Assembly (NCBI GenBank): GCA_964291285.2
Contig: OZ219787.1
Location: 1,504,001-1,568,000, forward strand
Length of the DNA stretch: 64,000 bases
Reading direction: 5' to 3'
From: Alphaproteobacteria bacterium
GTDB taxonomy: Bacteria > Pseudomonadota > Alphaproteobacteria > Bin95
This document shows, piece by piece, positions 1 to 9,920 of the stretch. Position 1 is the first letter of the stretch. Each line of letters starts with the position of its first letter. The notes under the pieces are model-generated. The model was not told the origin of the DNA and did no database searches. It saw only the letters and a list, made by a program, of their open reading frames with translations. Made by a program: the position numbers and the translations under genes.

Positions 1-1134
1 CGCGAGAGCGACAACCTCGAGAGCGCCTACGCGAAGGCGGCGCTCAGGCAGTTCTACGGCGCGCTCTGGCGCGGCGCCATCGAGGGCTGGAACGCGGAAC
101 GGTTCGAGCAGGCCACCGGGCTCAAGCTTACCTGGGAGGGCAGTCTCAAGGACGACCTGCCGCCGATGCCGAAGTTCCTCAACCGGCTGCTGGCGCTCCC
201 CATCGCCGAGCAGAACCGGCTCTTCGCCGAACTGGAGGAACGCATCGCCGCCAATATCGAGCAGGCGATCGAGGCCGGCAGCTACGAGCGGGGGGTCGAG
301 ACCGTCACCGCCGACTCGCTCACCGTCGCCGGCAGGGAGACGCTCCATGAGCATCCCGGCGCCGGGGCGGCCACCGAACTGGTCGGGATCGTCCGCCGCG
401 ACAGGCTCATGCCGCTCACGGCCGATGCCGCGCTGGAGATCGGAAGCCGCGACCCGGGACCGGACGGGAAGCCCCGCCTCGTGGTCAACGCGCGCTCCAG
501 GCGCGCCGCCGTCCTGCTGCCCGCCCCGTCGCGCATGCTCGACGACGGCGGGGTGCAGGAACGCGTGCAGCTGCTCCGCCCCGCCACACGGGACCGGATG
601 GCCCGGGCCGAGTTCGCCGCTTCCAGCTGGGGGCAGGCCGACGAAGCCCGCTGGCGCATGCTCTGGGACGCCGAGACCGCCGGCCTGCCGTCCCACCGCG
701 AGTCCCGCTTCTGGCTCGCCACCGGCCTGCTGCTGCCCGTCTGGGACCGCCTCCCGGCCGAGAACATGCGCGTCCGCCGGCTCACCCCGGACGACGGCAT
801 GGCCCTCATCGGGCGCGTGCTCGACGCCGGGCAGGTCCGCGCCGTGCGCGCCGGGTTCGGCCTTGACGGCGGACCCGCCATGACCGGCGCGGAGGCCTTC
901 GCGGCGGTGATGGATCGCGGCAACCCGCTCGCGCTCGCCAATGGCTGGCGGCTCGCCCGCCGCCGTCTCATGGGCGCCGACCGGGTCGAGGTCGAGGGGC
1001 CGGCCGATACCGACCTGCCGGCGCTCCGGCGCATGGGCTGCGCGATCGAGATCGTCTCGTTCCGCGCCCGGATATTCGCGCCTCATGCCGGCGCGCTCGA
1101 ACGCATCCTCGAACGCTGGCCGCTCGCCGCCTGA
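1..1134 (+). CDS. Strawberry-notch-like helicase/methylase, C-terminal part (5' end outside window)
   Basis: Frame open from base 1 (RESDNLESAYAKAALRQFY...KFLNRLLALPIAEQN...GLLLPVWDRLP), typical of plasmid/ICE strawberry-notch proteins of Alphaproteobacteria. Confidence 0.8.
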   Translation, partial: RESDNLESAYAKAALRQFYGALWRGAIEGWNAERFEQATGLKLTWEGSLKDDLPPMPKFLNRLLALPIAEQNRLFAELEERIAANIEQAIEAGSYERGVETVTADSLTVAGRETLHEHPGAGAATELVGIVRRDRLMPLTADAALEIGSRDPGPDGKPRLVVNARSRRAAVLLPAPSRMLDDGGVQERVQLLRPATRDRMARAEFAASSWGQADEARWRMLWDAETAGLPSHRESRFWLATGLLLPVWDRLPAENMRVRRLTPDDGMALIGRVLDAGQVRAVRAGFGLDGGPAMTGAEAFAAVMDRGNPLALANGWRLARRRLMGADRVEVEGPADTDLPALRRMGCAIEIVSFRARIFAPHAGALERILERWPLAA

Positions 1135-1294
1135 GCCGCCTTGCGCTATCCGTATCGCCGGCCCCGCCGCCGCCGTCTCGCGCGGGGGGCCGGTACCGTC
1201 TGCGAACCCACACAATGACAGGCTCGCGCCGCCGCCCGCCGGGATCCATGATGGCCGACGGCCGCCGACCCGCCCCGACAAGGAGACCGACCCC

Positions 1295-1564
1295 ATGACC
1301 GCGCAGACCCTGCCGGACTGCCCGAACTTCTGCTTCGCGCCCGCCTGGGACGTCGAAGTCGATGCCCAGCAGATCAGGATCGTCATCGAAGGCCTGGCCG
1401 GCCATGTCCCCACCGCGCTCATCGCCCTCGACCTCGACGATGCTCTCGGCCTGTGCGACAGGTTGAACCGTCGGCTTGGCTTGGACCGCAAGGCCTGGAC
1501 CGCCATGGTTGCCGCCTCCATGCGCGCCGGGGACGGCGATCCCGACAGCGAGCCGTGGCACTGA
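1295..1564 (+). CDS. hypothetical protein
   Basis: AAGGAG RBS before ATG 1295; globular-looking 89 aa. Confidence 0.55.
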   Translation: MTAQTLPDCPNFCFAPAWDVEVDAQQIRIVIEGLAGHVPTALIALDLDDALGLCDRLNRRLGLDRKAWTAMVAASMRAGDGDPDSEPWH

Positions 1565-1878
1565 GGCTGAACCGCCCTCTGATCGTTCCTTTCGCCATGT
1601 CGCCTCCCTTCCGGCGCGACGGAACAGGCGGCCCGACCGTGTTCGTCTTCCTGCTGCGCCGCCGGCCCGTCGCCGTCCGGCGACCCATGGGGGCTCGCAC
1701 ATGGCGGCCATGCTCCGCTGCCGGTCCGCCGCCCTGTGTCGTCACCCGCGCCGTGCGAGCCAGGCGATCCGGATCGGCGGGACGGGCAGCACCGCCGCTG
1801 CCGCCACCGGCCCGGGCAGGCCCGCGAACAGCGTCGCCGGGGCCGTCGCGGGGCCCGGACCGATCCCGGTCGCCCAGG

Positions 1879-1913
1879 TGTAGGTGACGGTCAGGAACTG
1901 CATTTATTTGCTG
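1879..1913 (+). repeat. Solo copy of an IS21-type terminal inverted repeat
   Basis: TGTAGGTGACGGTC-N11-TTATTTGCTG matches the left end of the IS21 element at 9540. Confidence 0.65.
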
Positions 1914-2238
1914 AAGTCGGCAGCCGAGCGCCCCGGATCGGTGTTCCGGCCAGGCAGCAGCAGACCGCGGGGCGCGAGGAACGCGAGCGATGCCGCGGCC
2001 GTCAGCAGCTCCCCCGGACCCGCAAACGCACCGGCGGCCTCCGGCCCGCAAGGAAGCGCCAGCGGCCCGGAGGCCGCGCCATCGATCCCCGCCCGTTCAT
2101 GCGCACCGATGCCCCGGGCAGCGCGGCAATGCAGGCGAGGCCGACCCGTTCGCGCCGCAGAGGTGGAGAGGAGCGCGCGGGGGAGCGAAGCCGTTGACCG
2201 GGAGGGAGTCGCGGCGGACGCAACCGGGGAGATCGGAC

Positions 2239-2775
2239 ATGGCGACATTGCGATATGCGGGGATCGGGGCGCGGGCGACACCGACGGCCGTGCTGGCGGA
2301 TATGGGCGTCATCGCGGGATGGCTGGCCCGGACCGGCTGGCATCTGTCTTCCGGCGGGGCGGACGGGGCCGATGCTGCGTTTGCGGCGGGAGCGTCAGCA
2401 GAGCAGCGGACGATCTGGCTGCCGTGGCGGGGCTATAACGGGCATCGCGGCGCCGACTGCCGGACCCTGTCTCCGGCGGCGATGGCGGCAAGCCTGGAGA
2501 TCGCGGCGCCCCTGCATCCGGCCTGGGAGCGCTGTTCGCCGGCCGTGCGCAAGCTGCATGCCCGGAACGCGGCGGTGGTGCTCGGCGGGACCCTGGAGCG
2601 CCCGGTCGATGCGGTCGTGTGCTGGAGCGAACGCGGCGCGTCAACCGGCGGCACGGGCATGGCCATCCGCATCGCCCGGACCCGCGGCATCCCGGTGCTG
2701 AACCTGGGGTCGATGCCGCCGCGCGCCGTCTGCGAGCGCCTGGCCGCGATCCGCCGCGCCGTCCTCCCGTCGTAG
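2239..2775 (+). CDS. SLOG-superfamily (DprA/YpsA-like) protein
   Basis: YAGIGAR, LSSGGADGAD, LHARN and GGTGMAIRIA motifs. Confidence 0.75.
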   Translation: MATLRYAGIGARATPTAVLADMGVIAGWLARTGWHLSSGGADGADAAFAAGASAEQRTIWLPWRGYNGHRGADCRTLSPAAMAASLEIAAPLHPAWERCSPAVRKLHARNAAVVLGGTLERPVDAVVCWSERGASTGGTGMAIRIARTRGIPVLNLGSMPPRAVCERLAAIRRAVLPS

Positions 2776-2896
2776 AGAGGAGTGAAGCGCCTGCCGGGCG
2801 AGTGTCCGGCAGGGCGGAGGAGAGGACTCCCCGCCGATGCCGGATCGGTGTCCGGCACAGGTTGCCGGGCAGGGCAACGGCAGAGGAGTTCCCGCC

Positions 2897-3160
2897 ATGT
2901 TTCATCCCGATACATCCCTCGACCTTCCGCTCGGCTGCGACCTGCTCGCCGAACTCGGCGTCGACCGCCGCACCGTCCGCGAAATCGCCGAGGACGAGCG
3001 CGCCATCCGCTGTCCCGACCGGGGCGCGGCCTGTCCGGTGCACGGCTTCGCGAGCCTCTTCCCGGAACCGGCGTTCGGGATGTCCCTCCAGAACGCGGCG
3101 GAGCCCCTGGACCCGTGGTCGTCGTTCCCCCCCGGCGGCATGGAGGGGAGGAGGGCCTGA
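2897..3160 (+). CDS. hypothetical protein
   Basis: GAGGAG RBS before ATG 2897. Confidence 0.45.
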   Translation: MFHPDTSLDLPLGCDLLAELGVDRRTVREIAEDERAIRCPDRGAACPVHGFASLFPEPAFGMSLQNAAEPLDPWSSFPPGGMEGRRA

Positions 3161-3252
3161 AGAGATTGAACGGTCGGGGGGTCGGGGGAGTGACCCCGGC
3201 CCCGGTCGTTCGCAACCCATCGTCATGAACGCGAACCTGAAGGAGTATCGCA

Positions 3253-3696
3253 ATGAGCTTCGGACTGAACAAGGTGCAGATCATCGGCCGCCTCGGCGCG
3301 GACGTCACCGTCAACCACCTCGCCTCGGGCGGGCGCGTCGCCAACCTGAGCATCGCGACCGACGAGTCGTTCATCAACAAGCAGACCGGCGAGAAGGTCG
3401 ACAGGACCGAGTGGCACCGGGTCGTGACCTTCCAGGACGGGCTGATCGACATGCTCGGGAAGCACGCCACGAAGGGCCGGCTGGTCTACATCGACGGCAA
3501 GCTCCAGACCCGGCGCTGGTCGAAGCCGGGCGAGGACGGCGACCGCTTCTCGACCGAGATCCTGCTGGTCCCCGGCGGGCGCGTCCAGTTCCTCGACAAG
3601 GCGAACGGCAACGCCGCGCAGCCCGGCCCGGACGCGGCGGACGGCTCCGCGCCGGCCGGCGGCGACCCGATGGACGGGGACGAGATCCCGTTCTAG
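3253..3696 (+). CDS. ssb: single-stranded DNA-binding protein
   Basis: LNKVQIIGRLGAD, TEWHRV, acidic C-terminal DEIPF tail; AAGGAG RBS. Confidence 0.97.
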   Translation: MSFGLNKVQIIGRLGADVTVNHLASGGRVANLSIATDESFINKQTGEKVDRTEWHRVVTFQDGLIDMLGKHATKGRLVYIDGKLQTRRWSKPGEDGDRFSTEILLVPGGRVQFLDKANGNAAQPGPDAADGSAPAGGDPMDGDEIPF

Positions 3697-3720
3697 AGCT
3701 TCCCGTTCTTCCTTCCCCAC

Positions 3721-3752
3721 AGGCCGGCGCCTCGCGCGCCGGCCTTTTTTTT
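3721..3752 (+). terminator. Rho-independent terminator after ssb
   Basis: AGGCCGGCGC/GCGCCGGCCT stem followed by a T8 run. Confidence 0.85.
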
Positions 3753-3884
3753 GCAGCCGAACCGGAGGCGGTCCGTCCGGGCGCCGCGCCCGCGCCTGGC
3801 GCGGGCCGCTCGCCTTCCGGCGCCGTCCGGAGGCGGAGGGCGGCCGGTATCGGGCGTCCCGCTCGACCTGGAAGGAAGTCCCGC

Positions 3885-5036
3885 ATGCAGCACCAACCGT
3901 CTCCCGCCGCCGCCATCGCCGCCGCGCTTGCCGCGCGCGCCGAGGCGGTCTGCCGACGCTATCTGCCCCATGGCCGCCGGCAGGGCCGCTACTGGATCTG
4001 CGGCGACCTCGACGGCGCCCGCGGACGCTCGCTCTTCGTCCGCCTGCGCGGACCCGGCACGCCGGGCAAGTGGACGGATGCGGCAACGGCGCAGCACGGC
4101 GACCTGCTCGACCTGATCCGCTACCGCTCGGGCGCGCCGACGCTGCGCGCGGCGCTCGACGAGGCGTGCGCCTTCCTCGCCCTGGAGCCTGCCCCGGACA
4201 GTGCCCGGACCTGTTCCGGGTATCCGGGAACCCCGGACGCACCCTGGGACGCGACAGAGGCTGCCCGCCGCCTGTGGCGGCGCTGCCGCGCCATCGCCGA
4301 CACCCACGCCGAGCGCTACCTGCATGCCCGGGGTCTCGCGCGCTGCCGTTTCGCGGCGCTGCGCTATCACCCGGAGCTTCGCTACCGCGAAGGCTCCCTG
4401 GTGCGCCGCCTCCCGGCGCTGGTCGCCGCCGTCACCGGCGACGACCCCGGATACCCGGAACAGGTCCGGGCACTGTCCGGGGCAGGCGGCGCCATCCTCG
4501 GTGTGCAGCGCACCTGGCTCGATCCCCGCGCACCCGCCAAGGCGGACGTCGCCGCGCCGCGCAAGGCGCTCGGACGCATCCACGGCCTCGCGGTGCGCTT
4601 CGGCGCGCCTGCCGGCCACGCGCCGCTCGTCGTCGGCGAGGGCATCGAGACGGTGCTCTCGCTGGTCACCGCCGTGCCCGAGATCACGGCCGCCGCCGCG
4701 CTCTCCGCCGGGAGCCTCGGCGCGTTCGCGCCGCCGCCCGGCCTCGCGCGGCTGGTGATCGCGCAGGACAATGACGAGCACGGCGCGCTCGCGGCCGAAC
4801 GCCTCGCCCGGCGCTGCGCGCGGGCCGGCGTCGCCGCCACCGTCATCCTGCCCGCCGGCAACGATTTCAACGACGACCTCGTCGCGCTGGGCCCGGCAAC
4901 GCTCCGCGCCCGCTTCGCGCCGCTGTTCCGCACCGCCGCCTGCGCCTCCCCGGCCGGCGCGGGCTCCCGGTCCGGGGGAGGAAGAGGAGAGCGGAGGGCC
5001 GGGCAAGCCGACCCGAAGAGTGGAGGGAGTCCATGA
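3885..5036 (+). CDS. Toprim-domain DNA primase (plasmid/ICE type) carrying two 14-aa palindrome-derived inserts
   Basis: GKWTDAAT..HGDLLDLI, QRTWL, VGEGIET, IAQDND, DFNDDL motifs. Confidence 0.88.
   Translation: MQHQPSPAAAIAAALAARAEAVCRRYLPHGRRQGRYWICGDLDGARGRSLFVRLRGPGTPGKWTDAATAQHGDLLDLIRYRSGAPTLRAALDEACAFLALEPAPDSARTCSGYPGTPDAPWDATEAARRLWRRCRAIADTHAERYLHARGLARCRFAALRYHPELRYREGSLVRRLPALVAAVTGDDPGYPEQVRALSGAGGAILGVQRTWLDPRAPAKADVAAPRKALGRIHGLAVRFGAPAGHAPLVVGEGIETVLSLVTAVPEITAAAALSAGSLGAFAPPPGLARLVIAQDNDEHGALAAERLARRCARAGVAATVILPAGNDFNDDLVALGPATLRARFAPLFRTAACASPAGAGSRSGGGRGERRAGQADPKSGGSP
4187..4228 (+). repeat. 42-bp nested-palindrome REP-like element, copy 1 (in frame in primase)
   Basis: GCCTGCCCCGGACAGTGCCCGGACCTGTTCCGGGTATCCGGG; exact reverse complement of 4446-4487. 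Confidence 0.9.
4446..4487 (-). repeat. 42-bp nested-palindrome REP-like element, copy 2 (inverted, in frame in primase)
   Basis: Exact reverse complement of 4187-4228. Confidence 0.9.
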
Positions 5037-5389
5037 GAGCCGTCGTCAACCTGAATACCGAGCCGCGGCTGCGCGAGGCGTTCGAATACGCGCATGTCTT
5101 CAACAACACCGTGCTGATCGACCGCCGCACCCGGTGGGGCAATCCGTTCCGAATCGCCCCCGGCCAGGACCGCGCGCAGGCGATCGCCCGCTACCGCGCC
5201 GACCTCTGGCGCCGCATCCGCGCGGGCGAGGTCCCGCTGGAGGAGCTGGCCGAACTCAATGGCTGCTGGCTCGCCTGCTGGTGCGAGCCGCTGCCCTGCC
5301 ACGGCGATGTCCTCGCCCGGGCCGCAGAATGGGCATCCGGGCAGCTGGCGCAGCGCAACACCGGCCGGACGGAAGGAGGCGCGTCATGA
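5033..5389 (+). CDS. DUF4326-like protein
   Basis: IDRRTRWGNPF ... LACWCEPLPCHGDVL signature; ATGA overlap with primase. Confidence 0.85.
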   Translation: MRAVVNLNTEPRLREAFEYAHVFNNTVLIDRRTRWGNPFRIAPGQDRAQAIARYRADLWRRIRAGEVPLEELAELNGCWLACWCEPLPCHGDVLARAAEWASGQLAQRNTGRTEGGAS

Positions 5390-5613
5390 GCACCATCTCC
5401 TTCCGCCGCATCGCCCCCGACGAATCCCGCATCTACCGGGACGGCGACCATGTCGGCGACATCCACGCCTTCGACGACAGCACCCGGCCGGGGCACAGGG
5501 TGTTCGCCATACACCTCGACGAAGACCCGCGCGGCCCCGTCTATCTCCACGACCGCGCCCGCATCCGCGAGACCGCCCGGCAGCGGGTCGACTCCCATCC
5601 CCTGTGGGGTTGA
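5386..5613 (+). CDS. hypothetical protein
   Basis: GGAGG RBS, ATGA overlap with upstream gene. Confidence 0.6.
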   Translation: MSTISFRRIAPDESRIYRDGDHVGDIHAFDDSTRPGHRVFAIHLDEDPRGPVYLHDRARIRETARQRVDSHPLWG

Positions 5614-5985
5614 CGCAAGGGCGGGCAACGGCGCCTCCCGCTCCGGCGCCGTGCCGGCCGAACCGACGATGGGGTCCGTGCAGGGCGAGAGAAATACACC
5701 ACCCCGCTGTGATCTCCAATCGTGTCACACGTGCTCGCGACAGCAACCCCTGCGGGGTCCTCCGGTCGCTCCGCTCCCTGCGGCCCGGCCAAGAAGCTCC
5801 AGGGGCGGACCGTGAAAGTCGACGACCGTGAAGATCGCAGGGCGATCTTCCGCACCACTCGCCGACTTTCCGCACCACTCCGCCCAGGAGCTTCTACGCC
5901 CGGGTGCTTCTGCTGCGCGCGCGTGCCCCGACAGGACATCACAACGGGGATCGGCCCCGAACGTGAAAACCGAAAGGAAAACGAC

Positions 5986-6912
5986 ATGACCTTCGATATC
6001 GAGACCACCGAAACCGCCGCGCAGTCCGCAACCGCGATCGTCTGCGACAACGCCGCTCTCTTCGGCGCAACCCCCGAGCGCGACGAGTTCGACACCCGGG
6101 AGATCTGGGACCAGGACGAGGCCATCACCGCCGTCAACGAAGCCTTCCGCATCCTCAGCCAGGGCGTCGCGCCCGACGGATACCAGATGGCAGACGAACG
6201 CGAGAGCCTGCTCTGGGGCTTCGTCAACATGCTCCACGCCCAGACACAGCGCCTCGACCGCAGCGTCGACAAGCTCACCCCCGAACTCCAGGACCTCCAG
6301 CGCACACAGGACGGCTCCGAGATCAGGTCCCTCGAACTGGAACTCGTGACCGACCGCGCACAGTGCCTCACCGCACGCCGCGACGCCTTCGAGACCCTGC
6401 GCAACGAGGCCGCCGAAGCCTACCGCGCAGACACCGGCGACACTTGGCGGCCCCGGCGCGGCAGCCACGCCAGCCAGACCGGACATCTGACCTCCGCCGC
6501 CATCGACGCCCGCGACTTCGTCCGCGCCCGAAAGGACCGCAAGACACAGGCTCACCTGCCCCAGGGAACCCTCGTCGCCATCGCAGGCGGAAAGGACATC
6601 GCAAACCCGGCGGCGGTCATCGAGCGCCTCGACAAGGTCCGCGCCAGGTATGCCGACCTCGTCCTCGTCCATGGCGGCGGCCCCGGCGTCGAGAAGATCG
6701 CCGCAAGCTGGGCCGAGCGCAACGGCGTCCACCAGGTCGTCTGCAAGCCCGACTGGGACCGCCACGGTCGCGCCGCACCCTTCCGCCGCAACGACGAACT
6801 GCTCAACCTCCTGCCGAAGGGCGTCATCGCCTTCCCCGGCTCCGGCATCACCGAGAACCTCGTCGACAAGGCGAAGCAGCTCGGCATCCCGGTGATGAAG
6901 GTAGCAGCCTGA
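5986..6912 (+). CDS. DUF2493 / YspA-related SLOG domain protein
   Basis: ESLLWGFVN N-terminal region; VAIAGG, LVHGGGPGVE, AAPFRRN, FPGSGIT motifs; AAAGGA RBS. Confidence 0.85.
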   Translation: MTFDIETTETAAQSATAIVCDNAALFGATPERDEFDTREIWDQDEAITAVNEAFRILSQGVAPDGYQMADERESLLWGFVNMLHAQTQRLDRSVDKLTPELQDLQRTQDGSEIRSLELELVTDRAQCLTARRDAFETLRNEAAEAYRADTGDTWRPRRGSHASQTGHLTSAAIDARDFVRARKDRKTQAHLPQGTLVAIAGGKDIANPAAVIERLDKVRARYADLVLVHGGGPGVEKIAASWAERNGVHQVVCKPDWDRHGRAAPFRRNDELLNLLPKGVIAFPGSGITENLVDKAKQLGIPVMKVAA

Positions 6913-7550
6913 CCGCAACGCATCGCGGGCCGTGTCGTCGCTCCGGCTGCGGCACGGTCCGTTTCCTCTTTCGCACATCGATGACGCGGCAACGCCAACC
7001 TCGCGCGCTTCGCGCCGCACTCGTGCTCCGGCTTCGCCGATCGCGCTTGCGTTCCGCGTCCGCGTCACGCGCCGCTGCACCATGCTTCGCCCGGGTGCAT
7101 CGCCGTCCGCGCCGATCCCGGCGCACCGCCCGCCGCACTTCCGCCAGCGTGACTGTCGACGGCACTGCCGGCGCTGCCGCCCGTCCGCTCGGCACGGTGC
7201 TTCGCACCAGTGCCCGCGCTCGCGCCGGCGAGGCCGTCCGCTCACACGCCGCGGCGGCTCCCCTCCGCCGGGTTCCCCGGCGTCGATTTCCCCATCGTGT
7301 ATGCTATCCCTTCCGGCTCTGTCTCGACGGCGGAGCCGCTATTTCGTCACACCCGACGCATCCTTGATGCAGGGAGCGAGGCCCGGCCGGCCTGCATCGG
7401 TCGGCAGTTTTCCGTTGCGTGACAGACGGTTGGGCCTGGCCCGGCCTCTGGCCGCGGTTTCGCGCGCGGGTCGCGTTGTCCGTTCAGGAGCGCCGTTCCG
7501 TTCCCCCGGGACGGACGGCGCCCGAGGGAACAGACAACGGAGACACGCCC

Positions 7551-8687
7551 ATGCGCATCCATGCCCCCGTCAACGAGCGGACGGTCCGCCGCACCTTCAG
7601 GGAGAAGAAACCCGGACGATACGGCCTGACCGTCATCGACAGGGACCTGCCCGCCTTCGGCTTCACCGTCGCCGGGAACGGAACGAAGACCTTCTTCGTC
7701 CGGACCTCACGCCAGTTCGGCGCGCCCAGGGCGATCCTCGGCACGACCGACGACATGACCGCCGCCGAGGCGAGGGAGAAGGCCATTGCCGCCATCGCCG
7801 AAGCCAAAGCCGACCGCGAGACCGGGCCGCTGTTCGCCGACTTCGCGGCCGACTTCATGCGCCGCCAGGGGCGGCGCTGGAAACCCTCCACGAGGAAGGC
7901 CAACGCCCATCTGATCGAGCGCCGCCTCGTGCCCTTCTTCGGCGCGATGCCCGTCGCGAAGATCGACCGCGCCGATGTGCGGCGCTGGTTCGATTCCCTC
8001 AGCGGAACCCCCGGCAGCGCCAACCGGACCCTGCCGGTGCTGTCGGTGATGATGCGGCAGGCGGAGCTGTGGGACCTTCGCCCGCAGGGTTCCAACCCCT
8101 GCCGCAACATGCGGCGCTACAGGACGGCGCCGCGCGAGCGGTTCCTGTCCCTGGACGAGTTGAAGCGCCTCGGCTTCGTGCTCGACCATGCCGAGGACCG
8201 GCAGGCCGCCGCCGCCATCCGCCTGCTGCTGTTCACCGGCGCCCGGTCGTCCGAGATCGCCGGCCTGCAATGGGACTGGATACGGGACACCCGCGCGGTG
8301 TTGCCGGACTCCAAGACCGGACCGAAGGCGCTCCAGCTTCCCCCGCCCGCGCGGGCCGTCCTGAATGGCCTGCCGCGCGAGGGACGCTTCGTCTTCCCGA
8401 ACGGGAAGGGCGACGGCCCGATGACCGGCCTCGGCCTGCGCTGGCAGAAGCTGCGCGGTCTCGCCGGGCTGGACGATGTGCGCATCCACGACTGCCGGCA
8501 TACCTTCGCCTCCCATGCCGTGATGAGCGGCCTCGACCTCTACACCGTCGGCCGCCTGCTCGGCCATGCCGATACCGCCTCCACCGAACGCTACGCCCAT
8601 CTCGCCGACGAGCATGTCCGCGAGGCGGCCGGGCGCATCTCCGGGATCGTCCACGAGGCCATGACCGGGAAGGAGAGCGGGCGATGA
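7551..8687 (+). CDS. tyrosine recombinase/integrase (first of tandem pair A)
   Basis: Arm-binding-like N-terminus; catalytic TGAR, KTG, HDCRH, LGH, RYAH. Confidence 0.93.
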   Translation: MRIHAPVNERTVRRTFREKKPGRYGLTVIDRDLPAFGFTVAGNGTKTFFVRTSRQFGAPRAILGTTDDMTAAEAREKAIAAIAEAKADRETGPLFADFAADFMRRQGRRWKPSTRKANAHLIERRLVPFFGAMPVAKIDRADVRRWFDSLSGTPGSANRTLPVLSVMMRQAELWDLRPQGSNPCRNMRRYRTAPRERFLSLDELKRLGFVLDHAEDRQAAAAIRLLLFTGARSSEIAGLQWDWIRDTRAVLPDSKTGPKALQLPPPARAVLNGLPREGRFVFPNGKGDGPMTGLGLRWQKLRGLAGLDDVRIHDCRHTFASHAVMSGLDLYTVGRLLGHADTASTERYAHLADEHVREAAGRISGIVHEAMTGKESGR

Positions 8688-9920
8688 GCGGCCGCAGGCA
8701 CCGGCTCACCGTGAAGGCCGTCGCCGCCGCCAAGCCGGCGGAACGGGAATACACCCTGTGGGACAATCTGCTGGCGCATTTCGGGGTCAGGGTGCAGCCC
8801 TCCGGCGTCCGGTCCTGGATCGTCCAGACCCGCGTCCGGGGACGCATGCGCAAGATCACCCTCGGGCGCTTCCCCGAACTGCCTCTCGACGCGGCCCGCC
8901 GGGAAGGCGCGGCCGTGCTCGCCCGCCTGTGGAGCGGCGAAGACGTGACGCCGCCGCGCAAGGAGAAGGCGCCGCTGTTCCGGGACTTCGCCGCCCGCTA
9001 CCGCTCGCGGCGGAAACACCGCTGGAAGCCGTCCTCGCTCAAGACCTTCGATAGCTACATGAAGAACCGCCTGATGCCGCATTTCGGCAGGCTCCGGCTC
9101 GACGCCATCGACCATGCGCGGGTCTCGGCGTGGTTCGACGCCGCCAGCGCGGACAGGCCCGGCGCCGCCAACCGCGCCTTCGAGATACTCCGCGCCATGC
9201 TCGGGACGGCCCGGCAGTGGGGCGACATCGGCGAGCATGTCCCCGATGCCTGCGCCAACATCGTGAAGAACCCCCGCAAGCCTGTCGCGCGTTACCTCAG
9301 CCGCGAAGAGCTGGAGCGCCTCGGCGCGGTGCTGGATCGGCACCGGGAGCAGCACCCCTGGCCGGTGGCGGCCATCCGGCTGTTGACGCTCACCGGGGCG
9401 CGGCTCTCCGAAGTCATCAACCTCAGGTGGGACGAGATCGGAGAGCTGGGCGGAGACGGCGCGAGCGCACGCATCGAAGACTCCAAGACCGGCCCGCGCA
9501 CCATCTGGCTCGGACCCGAAGCGGCAAGGCTGGTCGAGGTGTAGGTGACGGTCGTAAAAGGCGCTTATTTGCTGGCGTTGCGCGTTTTTGCGGGGCGTGA
9601 TGATCGCAGTGATTGTGGTGCGGCGGTGTTTGTGACGGGGGCCTGGGACGGAAGGAGGGCGTAGCCCGACTGGAGTCGCCGGCCCCCGTCGCGTTGATAT
9701 TTTCGCCTGCCGAGGGGAGGGTGTCCTGGCGCTGTCGGCGGGGGTCGCCGGGCTGCGCGAGGGGGTAGACTGGGGCTGCTGAGAACGATGCGGCGCCGGC
9801 CCCGTTTGCTAGGTGGCAACGACCGGCGCCGCACCCCCCGAGCCATGCAAGGCACGGCCCGTATGCGCAGTATCGTAGGCGTTCGGGCGTGGGTCCACCC
9901 CGTTCTCATCGGTCTTTGCG

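Noticed and set aside
2619-3884. N-terminal half of the 805-aa ORF
   Set aside because: Overlaps ssb in another frame and crosses its terminator; the primase starts at 3885
7420-7432. Similarity of TGACAGACGGTTG to TGTCAGATGGTTA near 43120 as shared att sites
   Set aside because: Short, three mismatches, and in the same orientation although the two integrase pairs are inverted; likely chance
6932-8683. Long N-terminal extension of the 870-aa ORF
   Set aside because: Arg/Pro-rich off-frame read over the first integrase; the real start is the coupled ATG at 8684
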